Shown here piece by piece: positions 39,065-49,558 of a stretch of DNA of 64,000 bases. The translations under genes and the position numbers were made by a program. How positions within the stretch are numbered: the first letter of the stretch is position 1; each line of letters begins with the position of its first letter. Source of the stretch: an archaeon (GTDB lineage Archaea > Asgardarchaeota > Thorarchaeia > Thorarchaeales > Thorarchaeaceae); NCBI GenBank assembly GCA_024276825.1, contig JAJRWI010000044.1, positions 1-64,000 on the forward strand, read 5' to 3'. The notes below the pieces were generated by a model. That model made no database searches, was not told where the DNA came from, and saw only the letters and a list, made by a program, of their open reading frames with translations.

Positions 39065-41165
39065 TGTTTACACCTGACCTTCTTCTCTTCTTATCTAAGA
39101 CTTTCAGATCTTCGGCTCTTCCAAGACATTTGGTCCAGTTAACACATGTTTCCCATGTCCTTCTGGAAACAATCTTTATCATCTGATGACCACAGAAGGG
39201 ACACTCCTTTTGAAGGGGCACAATCCTCCCCTTTTGCGGTAAGGGGAATGTCTGATCACACTTCTTGTCCCTGTAATTAGAGCACCCTATGAACCGTTTT
39301 CCAGTCTTGGGTGACTGGATTATCATCAGAGTGCCATCCTCACACTTTGGACATGGGCCAATCACCTCCTTCTCTCGCCAGTATCTTCTCAGGCCATTTA
39401 TCAGTGAAGCTCCTATCATTTCCTCCTTTGACTTGAAATCGTCCAGTATAATTGCAAGATCCCTCCTTGCTTTGGAGAGGACTTCATTACGAGTTCTCAC
39501 TCCCTTCTGAATAGCCTCCATTTCCAACTCTAAATGTCTTGTCATATCCACGGAGAGCACTTGCGGTGCATACTGTTTCAAGGTTTCATAAACAGCATAA
39601 CCCAATGTTGAGAGCTCAAAATTATCGCCAATCGTGTATCCCCGCGATTTCAAAGAATCAATTATCGATGACCTAGTGGCTTTGGTTCCTAGGTTCTCAC
39701 GTTCGAGCTTTTTCAACAGGCTAGAATGATTGTATCGTGCTGGTGGTGATGTGTATTGTTCATCTGCTGAAACATGAATCAGTTGTAATTCAGCATCCTC
39801 TGAAATCACAGGAATAATTACTTCTTTGGAATAGGCATAAGGAGAATAGTATTCCATCCACCCTCTCTCAATTATTCGCAAACCCCTAAGGAAGAGACCA
39901 TGACCACCACACTCCAAATCCACCCTCATGCTGGCTTTTTTGCTAGGCTTACCAAATAGAGCAAAGAATCGCTTTACGATGAGATCGAACAGCTTTCTCT
40001 CAGTTTGTGTCAATCTCCTTGTTGGTCGTTCCCCTGTGGGGTGAATTGCGGGGTGGGCCGGGTCATCTCTCTCTCCTTGGACTGGTTTGAGTTCTTCTCT
40101 CAGAATCTGTCGTGCAATCCCTTTGTAACTCCTCATGGATGATAGTCCGGTGAGTATTGCCTTGAGATCTATGGTTTTGGGAATCTTCTGACTGTTGGTT
40201 CGTGGATATGAAATCAGTGCATCTAAGTATAACTTCTGAGCAATAGCAAGGGTCTTGCTTGGCTTGTATCTAAACAGTCTGTATGCCTCTGTCTGCAACC
40301 CGCTAAGATTGAACGGCACAGGCGGGGGTTGAGTGATGATACTCTCTCTCACAGACTTGACGGTTGCATATTTGTCTTGTAAATCGCTGACGATTGAGTC
40401 AGCAGTACTCTTGCATATGACTCTCTTCTTCTGATACTCAATCTTGAACTCATGTCCGTCATGACTCCCGATGATGTTTATAATCCAAAAAGGAATGGGG
40501 ACAAACAGATTAGTGTCAATATTTCTCTCTGCCACAAAGGCGAGACTGGGGCCTTGAACGCGTCCTGTGGACACGATCTTGAACCAGCCAGATACATTTT
40601 TGATTGCTAGCGTCAGAGCTCTTGTCAAATTAATCCCATAGAGCCAATCAATCTCATGCCTTACTTGACCTGCCTCAATCATTGGGAAATCAAGAGTTGG
40701 TGATACTTTATCAAACGCACTTTCGAGTTCTACCTTCGTAAGTGTGGAAAACAACATCCTCTGGGCTTGATTAGGGTCTGTCTTGCATGCATATTTGAGA
40801 GTTAGATATCCAATAAGACTACCCTCTATGTCATAATCTGTTGCAACAACAAACCGATCGATTTCTTTTGAAAGGCGTGAGATGAGCTGAATGATTCTCT
40901 TGATGTTTGTTGCCTTCTTGTCCACTTCGTATTTGGGAACCCATTCCATATCCATTTTTGGATAATTCCACCCTTTCTCAGTCTGTTTGAGTTCATAGAG
41001 ATGTCCTAGAGCGTACACAACGACAAGCGAGTCACCACCTCGGTAACATTCAAAATAGGAGATCTTCTCCTTTTTCGTTTCTTTTGGACTTCCCTGTTCA
41101 TCCAGCGCCATTGCTATCTTTCTTGCAGCTGTTGGCTTCTCTGAAATGATCATTACTTTAGACAA
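39045..41165 (-). CDS. topA: DNA topoisomerase IA
   Basis: ISEKP, ATDYDIEG, GRVQ, ISYPRT, C-terminal Zn ribbons. Confidence 0.96.
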   Translation of the reverse strand: MSKVMIISEKPTAARKIAMALDEQGSPKETKKEKISYFECYRGGDSLVVVYALGHLYELKQTEKGWNYPKMDMEWVPKYEVDKKATNIKRIIQLISRLSKEIDRFVVATDYDIEGSLIGYLTLKYACKTDPNQAQRMLFSTLTKVELESAFDKVSPTLDFPMIEAGQVRHEIDWLYGINLTRALTLAIKNVSGWFKIVSTGRVQGPSLAFVAERNIDTNLFVPIPFWIINIIGSHDGHEFKIEYQKKRVICKSTADSIVSDLQDKYATVKSVRESIITQPPPVPFNLSGLQTEAYRLFRYKPSKTLAIAQKLYLDALISYPRTNSQKIPKTIDLKAILTGLSSMRSYKGIARQILREELKPVQGERDDPAHPAIHPTGERPTRRLTQTERKLFDLIVKRFFALFGKPSKKASMRVDLECGGHGLFLRGLRIIERGWMEYYSPYAYSKEVIIPVISEDAELQLIHVSADEQYTSPPARYNHSSLLKKLERENLGTKATRSSIIDSLKSRGYTIGDNFELSTLGYAVYETLKQYAPQVLSVDMTRHLELEMEAIQKGVRTRNEVLSKARRDLAIILDDFKSKEEMIGASLINGLRRYWREKEVIGPCPKCEDGTLMIIQSPKTGKRFIGCSNYRDKKCDQTFPLPQKGRIVPLQKECPFCGHQMIKIVSRRTWETCVNWTKCLGRAEDLKVLDKKRRRSGVNNGEWSV

Positions 41166-41251
41166 TTTATCTCGCCTCGCCTTGGTACAAATGCTCATAC
41201 CACGATAGTCTTAAAAGCAGACCGCAAAACACACGACTAGAGGTTTTAGAT

Positions 41252-41677
41252 ATGAAACCATGGTGGCCTAATATCATCATTAAACCAAAGGTCAGACTTG
41301 CAAGACCCAGATTTAAGTCGCTCTCACGACCTCCAGACTTTATACTGTTTGGCCTCTTAATGATAGCAGTATTCTTCGTACTTGGTGGCAACATATACTC
41401 ACTAGTAAAGACTCCTCCTGCCATTGCTGGGGGACCAGATGGGTCACCAATCCTGATTGCCCCAGGCATTGATTATCAACTTGGAATGGAGGGCATTGTT
41501 GCCTCTGTTGCAATGCTCACTGGCACAATAGGTCTTGGAATCATCTACTACTCATCAAAATATGTGTTTCAGCCGACTTATGCAACTCGTCTGCTTATCC
41601 TTGGCATAATAATGAGTGGTGTGGCCTTTCTAATTCTAGGCTACTTCTTTGGAGTCAAGCTGAGGCTATTCCAGTAG
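41252..41677 (+). CDS. OST3/OST6-family DC2/OSTC-like oligosaccharyltransferase subunit
   Basis: Three TM segments; GGNIY..KTPP, QLGMEG, FFGVKL. Confidence 0.78.
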   Translation: MKPWWPNIIIKPKVRLARPRFKSLSRPPDFILFGLLMIAVFFVLGGNIYSLVKTPPAIAGGPDGSPILIAPGIDYQLGMEGIVASVAMLTGTIGLGIIYYSSKYVFQPTYATRLLILGIIMSGVAFLILGYFFGVKLRLFQ

Positions 41678-41687
41678 CACAATTCAC

Positions 41688-42401
41688 CTAGACTATGAGG
41701 GAAACGGGAAGTTTTCCTCGCAGTCTAAGATCACTAATCAGCCTTTTGGCTATCACAAGCTTCTTCCTCTTTCTTTCATTTGCCAAGAAGTCGTCATTAT
41801 GCTCTGGCTTCGACCAATGTCCCACGATGTTTCCAAAGTCCATTCCAAGCAGAATGACACTTTTAGGATGATAGTGGGATGCAATATAGCACGCCCTGTC
41901 ACCGTCTGTGAATCCCCCCCAAAGATGCACATTACCAACTGGCTCAACCTGTGTGCTGCCCAAAACGTCACCTAGGTCTGGTACAACCGATTTTATCTTA
42001 CTGATATTATCGCCATGGGCATGGATTATACCAAGTGCTCCCTCTTCCATCATTTTACGAATATCTTCAATTTTCCCATCAAGGTCTGAAACAATGATAT
42101 CGCAGATCATATCCCTCTCGATAAATGCGGTGGTTGCACCATCTGCCGCAATGAAGGCTCTCCTCTTATTGATCCCCTCATTTTTAATCCAGTCTAGGCC
42201 TTTTCCCAATGATGGACCCGCCCCACAAATGACGATATCTTTCCCCTCTATATTTGACTTTAGTCTGCTCAGTAATACTGCTGTTTCTATATGTTCGATC
42301 AACATACTAAGAACTTTAGTGGCTCTTCTGTCCTCAGAAGGATTCAGGTTCAATTCCTGAACAATCTCAAAATATAGCGGTTGCCATTCTTCCCATCTCA
42401 A
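41688..42401 (-). CDS. mptE: 6-hydroxymethyl-7,8-dihydropterin pyrophosphokinase MptE
   Basis: GAGPSL, ADGA, SDLDG, HAHGDN, GGFTDGDRA, GMDF. Confidence 0.92.
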   Translation of the reverse strand: MRWEEWQPLYFEIVQELNLNPSEDRRATKVLSMLIEHIETAVLLSRLKSNIEGKDIVICGAGPSLGKGLDWIKNEGINKRRAFIAADGATTAFIERDMICDIIVSDLDGKIEDIRKMMEEGALGIIHAHGDNISKIKSVVPDLGDVLGSTQVEPVGNVHLWGGFTDGDRACYIASHYHPKSVILLGMDFGNIVGHWSKPEHNDDFLANERKRKKLVIAKRLISDLRLRGKLPVSLIV

Positions 42402-43237
42402 TTAGGATCACCATCTCTTCTGAGTGCCTCACCAATCATTGATGCTATCTTTGCCTCTCTTACATCATGTGCTCTGATCATATGTGCCCCATTCACAACA
42501 GCTATTGCAGTGGCAGCAATTGTGCCCTCAAGTCTGTCTGCAGGGTCCGGCTGATTCAATAATGATCCGATGAATGCTTTTCGAGACACGCCTATCAAGA
42601 CTGGTTGTTCAAACATCAAAAACCTCTCAAGATGACTAATGATGGCGAAGTCGACCCCTGGGGGTCTTCCAAAGCCTATCCCTGGATCAACGATTATCTT
42701 GTCCCTGTCTATTCCCCCTTCAACTGCTCGTTGTATACCAACACCAATCACTTCTATTGTTTGGCCCATACTCGAGCAGGGTCCTCCACACTCAGCCATT
42801 ATTATCACTGGGACCCCCCTGTCTGCTACAAGCCTGATCATCCTGTCATCCTTTAGTCCTGATACATCGTTTACAAGTTGTGCCCCCATGTTAAGAGCAA
42901 TCTCAGCAACAATAGGAGACCTTGTATCTATTGAAACCGGTAGAGTCGTGTTATCACATATAATCTTCATGTATTGTCTGACCCGCTCAATCTCTGTCTT
43001 CACCGAAACTGCACGGTCCCCATAATAGTTACTAGGAGCTGTGGATGCAGCACCAACATCAATAATGTCTGCCCCCTCCTTCTCCATCTTCTCTAATATA
43101 TCTGGAATCACCCACTTGTCATCAGCGACAGAGCCCACATAAAACGACTCGGGTGAGAGATTAATGACTCCCATGATTCGTACTGGGTTATGACCTCCAA
43201 TTCTTGTGTTACCAATGGTTATGATATGGCTCTTCAC
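42398..43237 (-). CDS. folP: dihydropteroate synthase
   Basis: MGVINLSPESF, IDT, NDVSG, DPGIGF, SRK, RAHDV. Confidence 0.93.
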   Translation of the reverse strand: MKSHIITIGNTRIGGHNPVRIMGVINLSPESFYVGSVADDKWVIPDILEKMEKEGADIIDVGAASTAPSNYYGDRAVSVKTEIERVRQYMKIICDNTTLPVSIDTRSPIVAEIALNMGAQLVNDVSGLKDDRMIRLVADRGVPVIIMAECGGPCSSMGQTIEVIGVGIQRAVEGGIDRDKIIVDPGIGFGRPPGVDFAIISHLERFLMFEQPVLIGVSRKAFIGSLLNQPDPADRLEGTIAATAIAVVNGAHMIRAHDVREAKIASMIGEALRRDGDPN

Positions 43238-43321
43238 CTGCCCTTACCTCGATGTTTGTGGTCAGATAGAAGGAAATAAAATCTTGGTATATTGTCAAAG
43301 CCCAGCTCAAAGGTGAATAAA

Positions 43322-44470
43322 ATGACTGACAGCCTCGAACGAACACACCTGTTTGAATGGCACAAGTCCAATGGTGATGTGATACCATTTGCTGGCTGGG
43401 AGATGCCAGTAAGATATTCCGATATCAGGACTGAACACATGACAGTACGAGATCATGTGGGAATATTTGATACTACCCACATGAGGCGTTTCTGGATAAC
43501 AGGTCCTCAATCTCTAGAGTTTCTTCAGTACCTGACAACTAATAACGTGAGAAAACTGAGCGTTAATGGTGGACACTATTCAACCTGTCTAAATGAACAT
43601 GGCGGGACTCGCGACGATCTCATGTTATATCGTGTTGGTGAGAATGAGTATGTCTGGGTCACAAATGCCAGTAATGGCGAGAAGATCTGGGAACATTTAA
43701 ACAAGCATGCATCGAAATTTGATGTTCATGTGAATGACCGGTCCAAAGAGGTTGTCATGATTGCAGTTCAAGGACCGAAAGCACTGGCTCTATTGTCAAA
43801 GTTGGCTGGTCGTGATGTGAGCGATCTTCCGCGATTCAGCTGTAACAGAATCGACCTTGCAGGTCGTGATTGCTACTTATGTCGAACTGGATATACTGGT
43901 GAAGATGGCGGTGAGATTCTCCTACTGGACACTCCATTCACTGACACTGGCAAGAAGAAGGCAATTGCATTCTGGGAAGAGATACTCAAACAAGGCGAAG
44001 AGTTCAATGTAACACCCTGTGGTCTTGGAGCACGTGACTCACTTCGTCTTGAGGCTGGTCTTGTTTTATATGGACATGAATTAAATGAAGACACATCACC
44101 TATCGAGGCCGGAATACCCTATGCTGTGAAGTTTAAGGTGGATCCCCACTACATTGGCTATGATGTGGTAAGAAGCCACAAGAAGGAGGGCACAATCAGA
44201 AAGACACGAATCGGTCTTATCATGATTGATAAAGGTATTCCTAGACAGGGTTATTCAATACTCCTCAAGGGCGAGAATGTCGGCGAAGTGACAAGTGGAG
44301 GCATGTCTCCTATACTGCACAATGGCATTGCTCTTGGCTTTGTGAAGCCCAATATAGTTGAGATTGATGATGTGGTAGAGATCGATATTAAGGGCAGAAT
44401 TCGTAAGGCTCGCGTGTCAAATTGGCCATTCTATGACACCGATAAATATGGTGACAGGAGAGTTGAATAA
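43322..44470 (+). CDS. gcvT: glycine cleavage system T protein
   Basis: FAGWEMPVRY, RTGYTGEDG, GLGARDSLRLEAG. Confidence 0.96.
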   Translation: MTDSLERTHLFEWHKSNGDVIPFAGWEMPVRYSDIRTEHMTVRDHVGIFDTTHMRRFWITGPQSLEFLQYLTTNNVRKLSVNGGHYSTCLNEHGGTRDDLMLYRVGENEYVWVTNASNGEKIWEHLNKHASKFDVHVNDRSKEVVMIAVQGPKALALLSKLAGRDVSDLPRFSCNRIDLAGRDCYLCRTGYTGEDGGEILLLDTPFTDTGKKKAIAFWEEILKQGEEFNVTPCGLGARDSLRLEAGLVLYGHELNEDTSPIEAGIPYAVKFKVDPHYIGYDVVRSHKKEGTIRKTRIGLIMIDKGIPRQGYSILLKGENVGEVTSGGMSPILHNGIALGFVKPNIVEIDDVVEIDIKGRIRKARVSNWPFYDTDKYGDRRVE

Positions 44471-44524
44471 CTCCCAAAGGGATTTATAGGATAATAACTC
44501 AGAATCTAGTGCTGGTGGACTCCC

Positions 44525-44926
44525 ATGTCTGAAGGAAAAAACGTTATCGAAGGGCTATATTATAGCAAGGACCACGAGTGGGTCAAGGTTGAATCAGATG
44601 ATTTGGTAATTATTGGAATCACGGACTTCGCACAACACTCACTCCATGAGATAACCTATGTTGAAGTTTCGGAAGTGGGAACAACACTAAATGCAGGTGA
44701 CGAATGTGGACTTGTGGAGTCCATGAAGGCCTCATCTGAGATATTCACCCCCCTTTCTGGAGAAGTCATTGAGGTCAACCCTGCTCTAGAACTGTCACCT
44801 GAAGTGGTCAACGAGTCACCCTACGATAAGGGCTGGCTGATGAAAATGAAGCCCTCAAATCTGCAAGAAGAGATTGCATCACTCATGGATGCCAAAGCAT
44901 ATAGTGACTACATCGACTCTCTCTAG
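44525..44926 (+). CDS. gcvH: glycine cleavage system H protein
   Basis: HEW, GITDFAQ, ESMKA lipoyl Lys, PYDKGW. Confidence 0.96.
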   Translation: MSEGKNVIEGLYYSKDHEWVKVESDDLVIIGITDFAQHSLHEITYVEVSEVGTTLNAGDECGLVESMKASSEIFTPLSGEVIEVNPALELSPEVVNESPYDKGWLMKMKPSNLQEEIASLMDAKAYSDYIDSL

Positions 44927-44931
44927 ATAGC

Positions 44932-44960
44932 AATGATGTAAAGACTCGCTGTACATCATT
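44932..44960. repeat. 9-bp perfect inverted repeat between gcvH and STT3
   Basis: AATGATGTA-N11-TACATCATT. Confidence 0.5.
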
Positions 44961-45031
44961 ACAACCAACAGCAACCTTTTTAGCGGAACCAAGATTGACT
45001 CGGATGAAATGAGTCAAAAGGAGCCCTACCT

Positions 45032-47803
45032 ATGACCAGAATTGATAGAATAAAAAGATCCACAATCAGGTTCTTAAAACAGGTGTTTCATAAACCAAAG
45101 GCAAAGATCTCTAGAGGATCAATCCTGCTGTCAATTGCATTATGCCTCATCTTTTTTGCGGCACTTCTCCTACGAATATACCCCCTAATGGACTCGCAAC
45201 CACTCGTCAGGGCCTTTGACCCTTGGTTTCAACTGAAGGTGTCGCAATTCATTGCCGAGAATGGTTTTGGAGCATTCTTCAACTGGTATGACACGACAAC
45301 TTGGGTTCCTTTTGGTAGAGATATCACCAGTACCACTTACATTGGAGTACCTTTTACAACAGCTTTCTTCTACTTCTTACTTAACAACTTGGGAATTCAT
45401 GTTGATATCCTGACAGTTGCTCTGGTGCTTCCTGCATTCATGGGTGCTCTTACAACATTGATGGCCTTCTTCTTGGGCCGTGAGTTGCACAACAACACTG
45501 TGGGCCTCCTGAGTGCAGTCTTTCTGGCTTTTATGCCCGCCTTCATCCAGAGGTCAATTGCAGGGTTTTATGACAATGAGTTCATCGGGGTCTTTGCAAT
45601 CACCCTCACGATATTCCTATTCACAAGGAGCATAAAGCGCGACTCGACCTTTTCTGCTGTCGCCGCTGGACTCTCTCTTGCATACCTTACGGGATCATGG
45701 GGTGCAGCAGATTTTGTGACAGACCTCTTTGCAATGTATGCCTTTTTCATGCTTGTATTTGGTCGCTATAGCAAGAGGCTACTCTCCTCTTACCTTATCA
45801 CAATCTCTCTTGGCCTCTTTCTGGGAGGCTTGGTTCCACGAAATGGTTTTGACGATCTGACCTCATTCCAACTACTTGTGCCAATTGGTGTGGGCATCCT
45901 ACTTGCAGGCTTTGAGGTTTGGAACAGACTTGGCGGCTACAGAGAAGCAACTGCCAAGGCACTTACTCCCTATTCACGCCCACTTATGCTGGGGATAATC
46001 ACACCAATCATTGGGGCCGCTGGCTATTTCATCTATGCTGGTGGGGCAGACCTTGACATCTCCACCGCTAACAGTAATCCCATCCTCAATATAGGTGGAA
46101 AGTTCCTCACGGTAATTAACCCATTCTATAGATTGGATCAACGTATTTTTGCATCAGTTGCAGAACACTTGCCGAGCCCCTGGTCAAGTTTCTATAACAC
46201 TCTTCTCATCCTGATATTCTTCTTCCCACTAGGAATGTATTTTCTGTTCAAACGTGGTCGGGATGAGGACTGGCTGATCCTCCTCTATGGAGTCACTGCT
46301 GTCTATTTCACAGGCAGCATGATTCGTCTGAGTCTTATCCTTGCACCTGCTGTTGCAGTACTCTCTGCAATGGCTGTTAATGGAATGCTCATGCCATTTG
46401 CCAAAGTGGCAACTCAAAAGTCTGTGTTTGAACGACGAAGATTTAGACTGAGTTCGTCACTCACATCAGAACACACGATCATTGCTTTCGGGTTTGTCGG
46501 ACTGCTCTTGTCTGTTAATCTATTGCTTGGCGTTTCATACACAACCGTGCAGATAGGCAATCCCGAATTTGCTAGGGCAAACCTCTCAGATCAAACGCAA
46601 TGGACAGATTGGCAGACTGCAATGACTTACATGAGGAATGTCTTACCAGACGATGCAATCATTGCTAGCTGGTGGGACTATGGCTATTGGATAAATAGTG
46701 CTGCTGGAAAGAAGACGATAGTTGATAATGCAACATTCAATAGCACGCAAATAGCATTAATGGGCTATGCACTGATGTCGACATCGTTGACAGAATCTCT
46801 GAAGACATTCAAAAGATGGAACGCCACGCATGTGCTTGTCTTTTGGGGCCATAAGGTGAATCAAATCGGTGGCGATGAAGGAAAGTGGCCATGGATGGTC
46901 AGAATTGCTGAGGACAAGCTTGGAAGTAATGTCATTGATGATAAGACCTACCTTGGTGATGATCCTTCAACTCCCGATGTTGAAGAAACCGAGTACACAC
47001 TTGATCCATTCTTCCAGTCCACACTCTACAAACTCCTGCTCTATGGAGAACCACATGATCAGAATGAGGCTGAAGAGATGCAACTGTCTCAGAACCGCAT
47101 CTATTGGGACACTTATCAGACTGGATACATGTCTGGCGATCCTCGTTGGACTCAGAACATCCCTTCAGACCTTCATGGTGCATTTGATCTATCATTCATC
47201 AGCTACTCATTCGGCTTTGTGAAGATTTATGAGATTGACTACACTATGTACTATCAATATCTGAACCAGACTCGTGCTGACTGGGCCCTCGAGAAGGACA
47301 TTGGTCTAGCCGACATCTCCTTGGATGGTAGTCTATCTAATGCCGAACGAAACTTTCCAAGCTACAATGTGGTCTTTGGTGGTGGTTATGAGGCAACCGT
47401 GTATTCTCAGGCCAATTCAACCCACCTATATCTGGGTGTTGACATGGCCAACTACTCGGTGAATGATGACGCCTTTGGAATTCAGATATCTCCCCTTGAC
47501 TCACCATTAGACTCCGACATACGTGTTGTGAATTATGATGGTCATGATGCCTTTGATGGACACATTGACTTCAATGGCAATTGGAAGGAGGACTCGACTG
47601 GCACAAACTCCACCGAGTTTGCTAAGGGCGACGGCGTAATCGAGTTCATCATTCCATTGAATTCTCATGACCCACAGGACCTCACCATGAAACCCGGAAT
47701 GAATTATCAGATTCGATTCATGTGGTGGGACAATGTCAATAAAGGCGAACCGACCTTTGCAGCTGATTGGGTCGAATTCTGGGTCCCGATAGACCTGTAT
47801 TAG
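45032..47803 (+). CDS. aglB: oligosaccharyltransferase STT3/AglB with C-terminal beta domain
   Basis: FDPWF, DNE, SVAEH, WWDYG, DNATFN, KWPWMVRI. Confidence 0.95.
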   Translation: MTRIDRIKRSTIRFLKQVFHKPKAKISRGSILLSIALCLIFFAALLLRIYPLMDSQPLVRAFDPWFQLKVSQFIAENGFGAFFNWYDTTTWVPFGRDITSTTYIGVPFTTAFFYFLLNNLGIHVDILTVALVLPAFMGALTTLMAFFLGRELHNNTVGLLSAVFLAFMPAFIQRSIAGFYDNEFIGVFAITLTIFLFTRSIKRDSTFSAVAAGLSLAYLTGSWGAADFVTDLFAMYAFFMLVFGRYSKRLLSSYLITISLGLFLGGLVPRNGFDDLTSFQLLVPIGVGILLAGFEVWNRLGGYREATAKALTPYSRPLMLGIITPIIGAAGYFIYAGGADLDISTANSNPILNIGGKFLTVINPFYRLDQRIFASVAEHLPSPWSSFYNTLLILIFFFPLGMYFLFKRGRDEDWLILLYGVTAVYFTGSMIRLSLILAPAVAVLSAMAVNGMLMPFAKVATQKSVFERRRFRLSSSLTSEHTIIAFGFVGLLLSVNLLLGVSYTTVQIGNPEFARANLSDQTQWTDWQTAMTYMRNVLPDDAIIASWWDYGYWINSAAGKKTIVDNATFNSTQIALMGYALMSTSLTESLKTFKRWNATHVLVFWGHKVNQIGGDEGKWPWMVRIAEDKLGSNVIDDKTYLGDDPSTPDVEETEYTLDPFFQSTLYKLLLYGEPHDQNEAEEMQLSQNRIYWDTYQTGYMSGDPRWTQNIPSDLHGAFDLSFISYSFGFVKIYEIDYTMYYQYLNQTRADWALEKDIGLADISLDGSLSNAERNFPSYNVVFGGGYEATVYSQANSTHLYLGVDMANYSVNDDAFGIQISPLDSPLDSDIRVVNYDGHDAFDGHIDFNGNWKEDSTGTNSTEFAKGDGVIEFIIPLNSHDPQDLTMKPGMNYQIRFMWWDNVNKGEPTFAADWVEFWVPIDLY

Positions 47804-47832
47804 AAACAACAACTCTGCTCAGCTGGCACTAA

Positions 47833-48009
47833 CTACAGCAGTGCTGCTGAGCGAACTTTTCTCTTTGCTCTCCTTCTATACTCGCCATACTTGTCTGCTG
47901 GAGAGTACTTTGGGGGTTTTGGGTCTTTAACAGCCTCTCCGCATTTCGGGCAGCGTGCATCATCAAGAGTATAATTATTACAATGCACGCACTTGTACAT
48001 ACGAGTCAT
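47833..48009 (-). CDS. nop10: H/ACA RNP protein Nop10
   Basis: YTL..CPKCG..PPKYSPADKYGEYRR. Confidence 0.94.
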   Translation of the reverse strand: MTRMYKCVHCNNYTLDDARCPKCGEAVKDPKPPKYSPADKYGEYRRRAKRKVRSAALL

Positions 48010-48017
48010 TATGATCA

Positions 48018-48812
48018 CTACTTGCGATTGAAACTGAACGTGCCATTTGCACCCTCAACAATCTTAGAAATGGCTGATGTCATCTTTGATAGTACCTCTT
48101 CTGCCTCTTTATAGTCTGGGCTGACAATCCTCAATTTGTATCTGGGTGAACCAAGTGTGTAAATCTCCACAGTTGATCCCTTAAACTTGGAGCCCACTTC
48201 CAGTCCTTTAAGGAGTGCCTTTTTGATTACCTCCACACCTTCGGGTCCGGGCACTTGTATAGACATCTCACCATCTATCTCGACGGAAGGTATCTCTATT
48301 CTGGCCTTTGCGAGTTCCGCAATCTGCTTCTTCAATGTCTTGTCTGCTTCAATCTCCTCAAAGGCCTTTTCACCAATCTCTGCAGCCTTCTCCAGCCCAC
48401 GATAGATCTCTCCATAATAGTCCTCTATTGGCCAACCTATTCGCTCATAAATCTCCTCAATCGTCATCCCATTCTCTTTAGCCACCAGCTCTAGCAACTT
48501 CTCGGCCTTCTGTGCCCTCTTCCACTCATTGTTCTTGGCTCGCTTTGCCTCTGATGACACCCTTCTCAACGAGCAGTCGATGTGGTGTCTCGGAATGTCT
48601 ACATTCAGGACCTTCACAACTACTCTCTGTTTCTCGTGGATATGATTCCTGATGTTCCTGACCCACGTGCTGCTTATTTCAGACACATGAATGAACCCCT
48701 CCTTATCACCATACTCGGGCAGTATCACATATGCACCATAGTTGGTGACTTTCGTTGCTACAGCTATCACATATTCATCAGGTTGGGGCCATTCTGCACG
48801 CTTCAGGACCAT
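48018..48812 (-). CDS. eif2a: translation initiation factor aIF2 alpha
   Basis: S1 domain EGFIHVSEISSTWVRNIR, IDCSLRRV. Confidence 0.96.
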   Translation of the reverse strand: MVLKRAEWPQPDEYVIAVATKVTNYGAYVILPEYGDKEGFIHVSEISSTWVRNIRNHIHEKQRVVVKVLNVDIPRHHIDCSLRRVSSEAKRAKNNEWKRAQKAEKLLELVAKENGMTIEEIYERIGWPIEDYYGEIYRGLEKAAEIGEKAFEEIEADKTLKKQIAELAKARIEIPSVEIDGEMSIQVPGPEGVEVIKKALLKGLEVGSKFKGSTVEIYTLGSPRYKLRIVSPDYKEAEEVLSKMTSAISKIVEGANGTFSFNRK

Positions 48813-48846
48813 CCTAGATCATCTCCTTTCCTCTCACTCGTGCAGT

Positions 48847-49047
48847 CTATGTGAGAATCTCGACTTCTCTCGCTATGGGTTCAAGTTTCACTCTTCCACC
48901 TACTGGCTTTGCAAGCACTTTACCACATTTCAGACACTTGACCTCCGTCGTGGCATGCCCAAAAATGACCTGCTCGTTCTCACACTCTAGACACTTCACT
49001 CTTATGAATCGTGACTTTGGCTGCTGCACTATCTCTTTCCTAGCCAA
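48847..49047 (-). CDS. rps27e: 30S ribosomal protein S27e
   Basis: PKSRFIRVKCLEC...CLKCG..PVGG. Confidence 0.95.
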   Translation of the reverse strand: MARKEIVQQPKSRFIRVKCLECENEQVIFGHATTEVKCLKCGKVLAKPVGGRVKLEPIAREVEILT

Positions 49048-49211
49048 TCTTATCACCGCTGAAATCATTATCGCCACTGCCTCTCTGGCAGAGAAAAGGA
49101 CTCCTATGGGTCTTATTATCGTCGTGTTTGTGTCATATTATAACTCTATCGACACGTATAATAAAAAACAACTCTTCCGAAGATCAGAGGTACAGAATTC
49201 TCTAGTACAAT

Positions 49212-49490
49212 TTACTTCTGTATTTCTACTTTCTTAACCCTCATTCCTTTCGACTGAATGATATAGCCACAGTCTTTGCATTTGAACTTCAACACGGTCT
49301 TCTTGGTGGTCTTGGCAAACCTCTTCTGGATTGGCTTTGGAAATGATCCATACCCCTTGGTCTTACGTGTCATCCTCCGTTTACCCTCTGCCATGGATCT
49401 GTCCTTACCCTTTTTGTATATTGATACAGTGTGCTCTGTATATGCCCTGCATCGTGGACAGTACCTGTTTATTGTTCCTCTCATCTTCAT
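49212..49490 (-). CDS. rpl44e: 50S ribosomal protein L44e (eL42)
   Basis: YCPRC..TEH, GYG..PKP, KTTKK, CKDCG. Confidence 0.95.
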   Translation of the reverse strand: MKMRGTINRYCPRCRAYTEHTVSIYKKGKDRSMAEGKRRMTRKTKGYGSFPKPIQKRFAKTTKKTVLKFKCKDCGYIIQSKGMRVKKVEIQK

Positions 49491-49558
49491 TCTTTTCGAC
49501 CACCAACTTGTGCCGCTTTCCTCTCTGTTCCATTTATAATTCTTGAGGATTGACGGTC

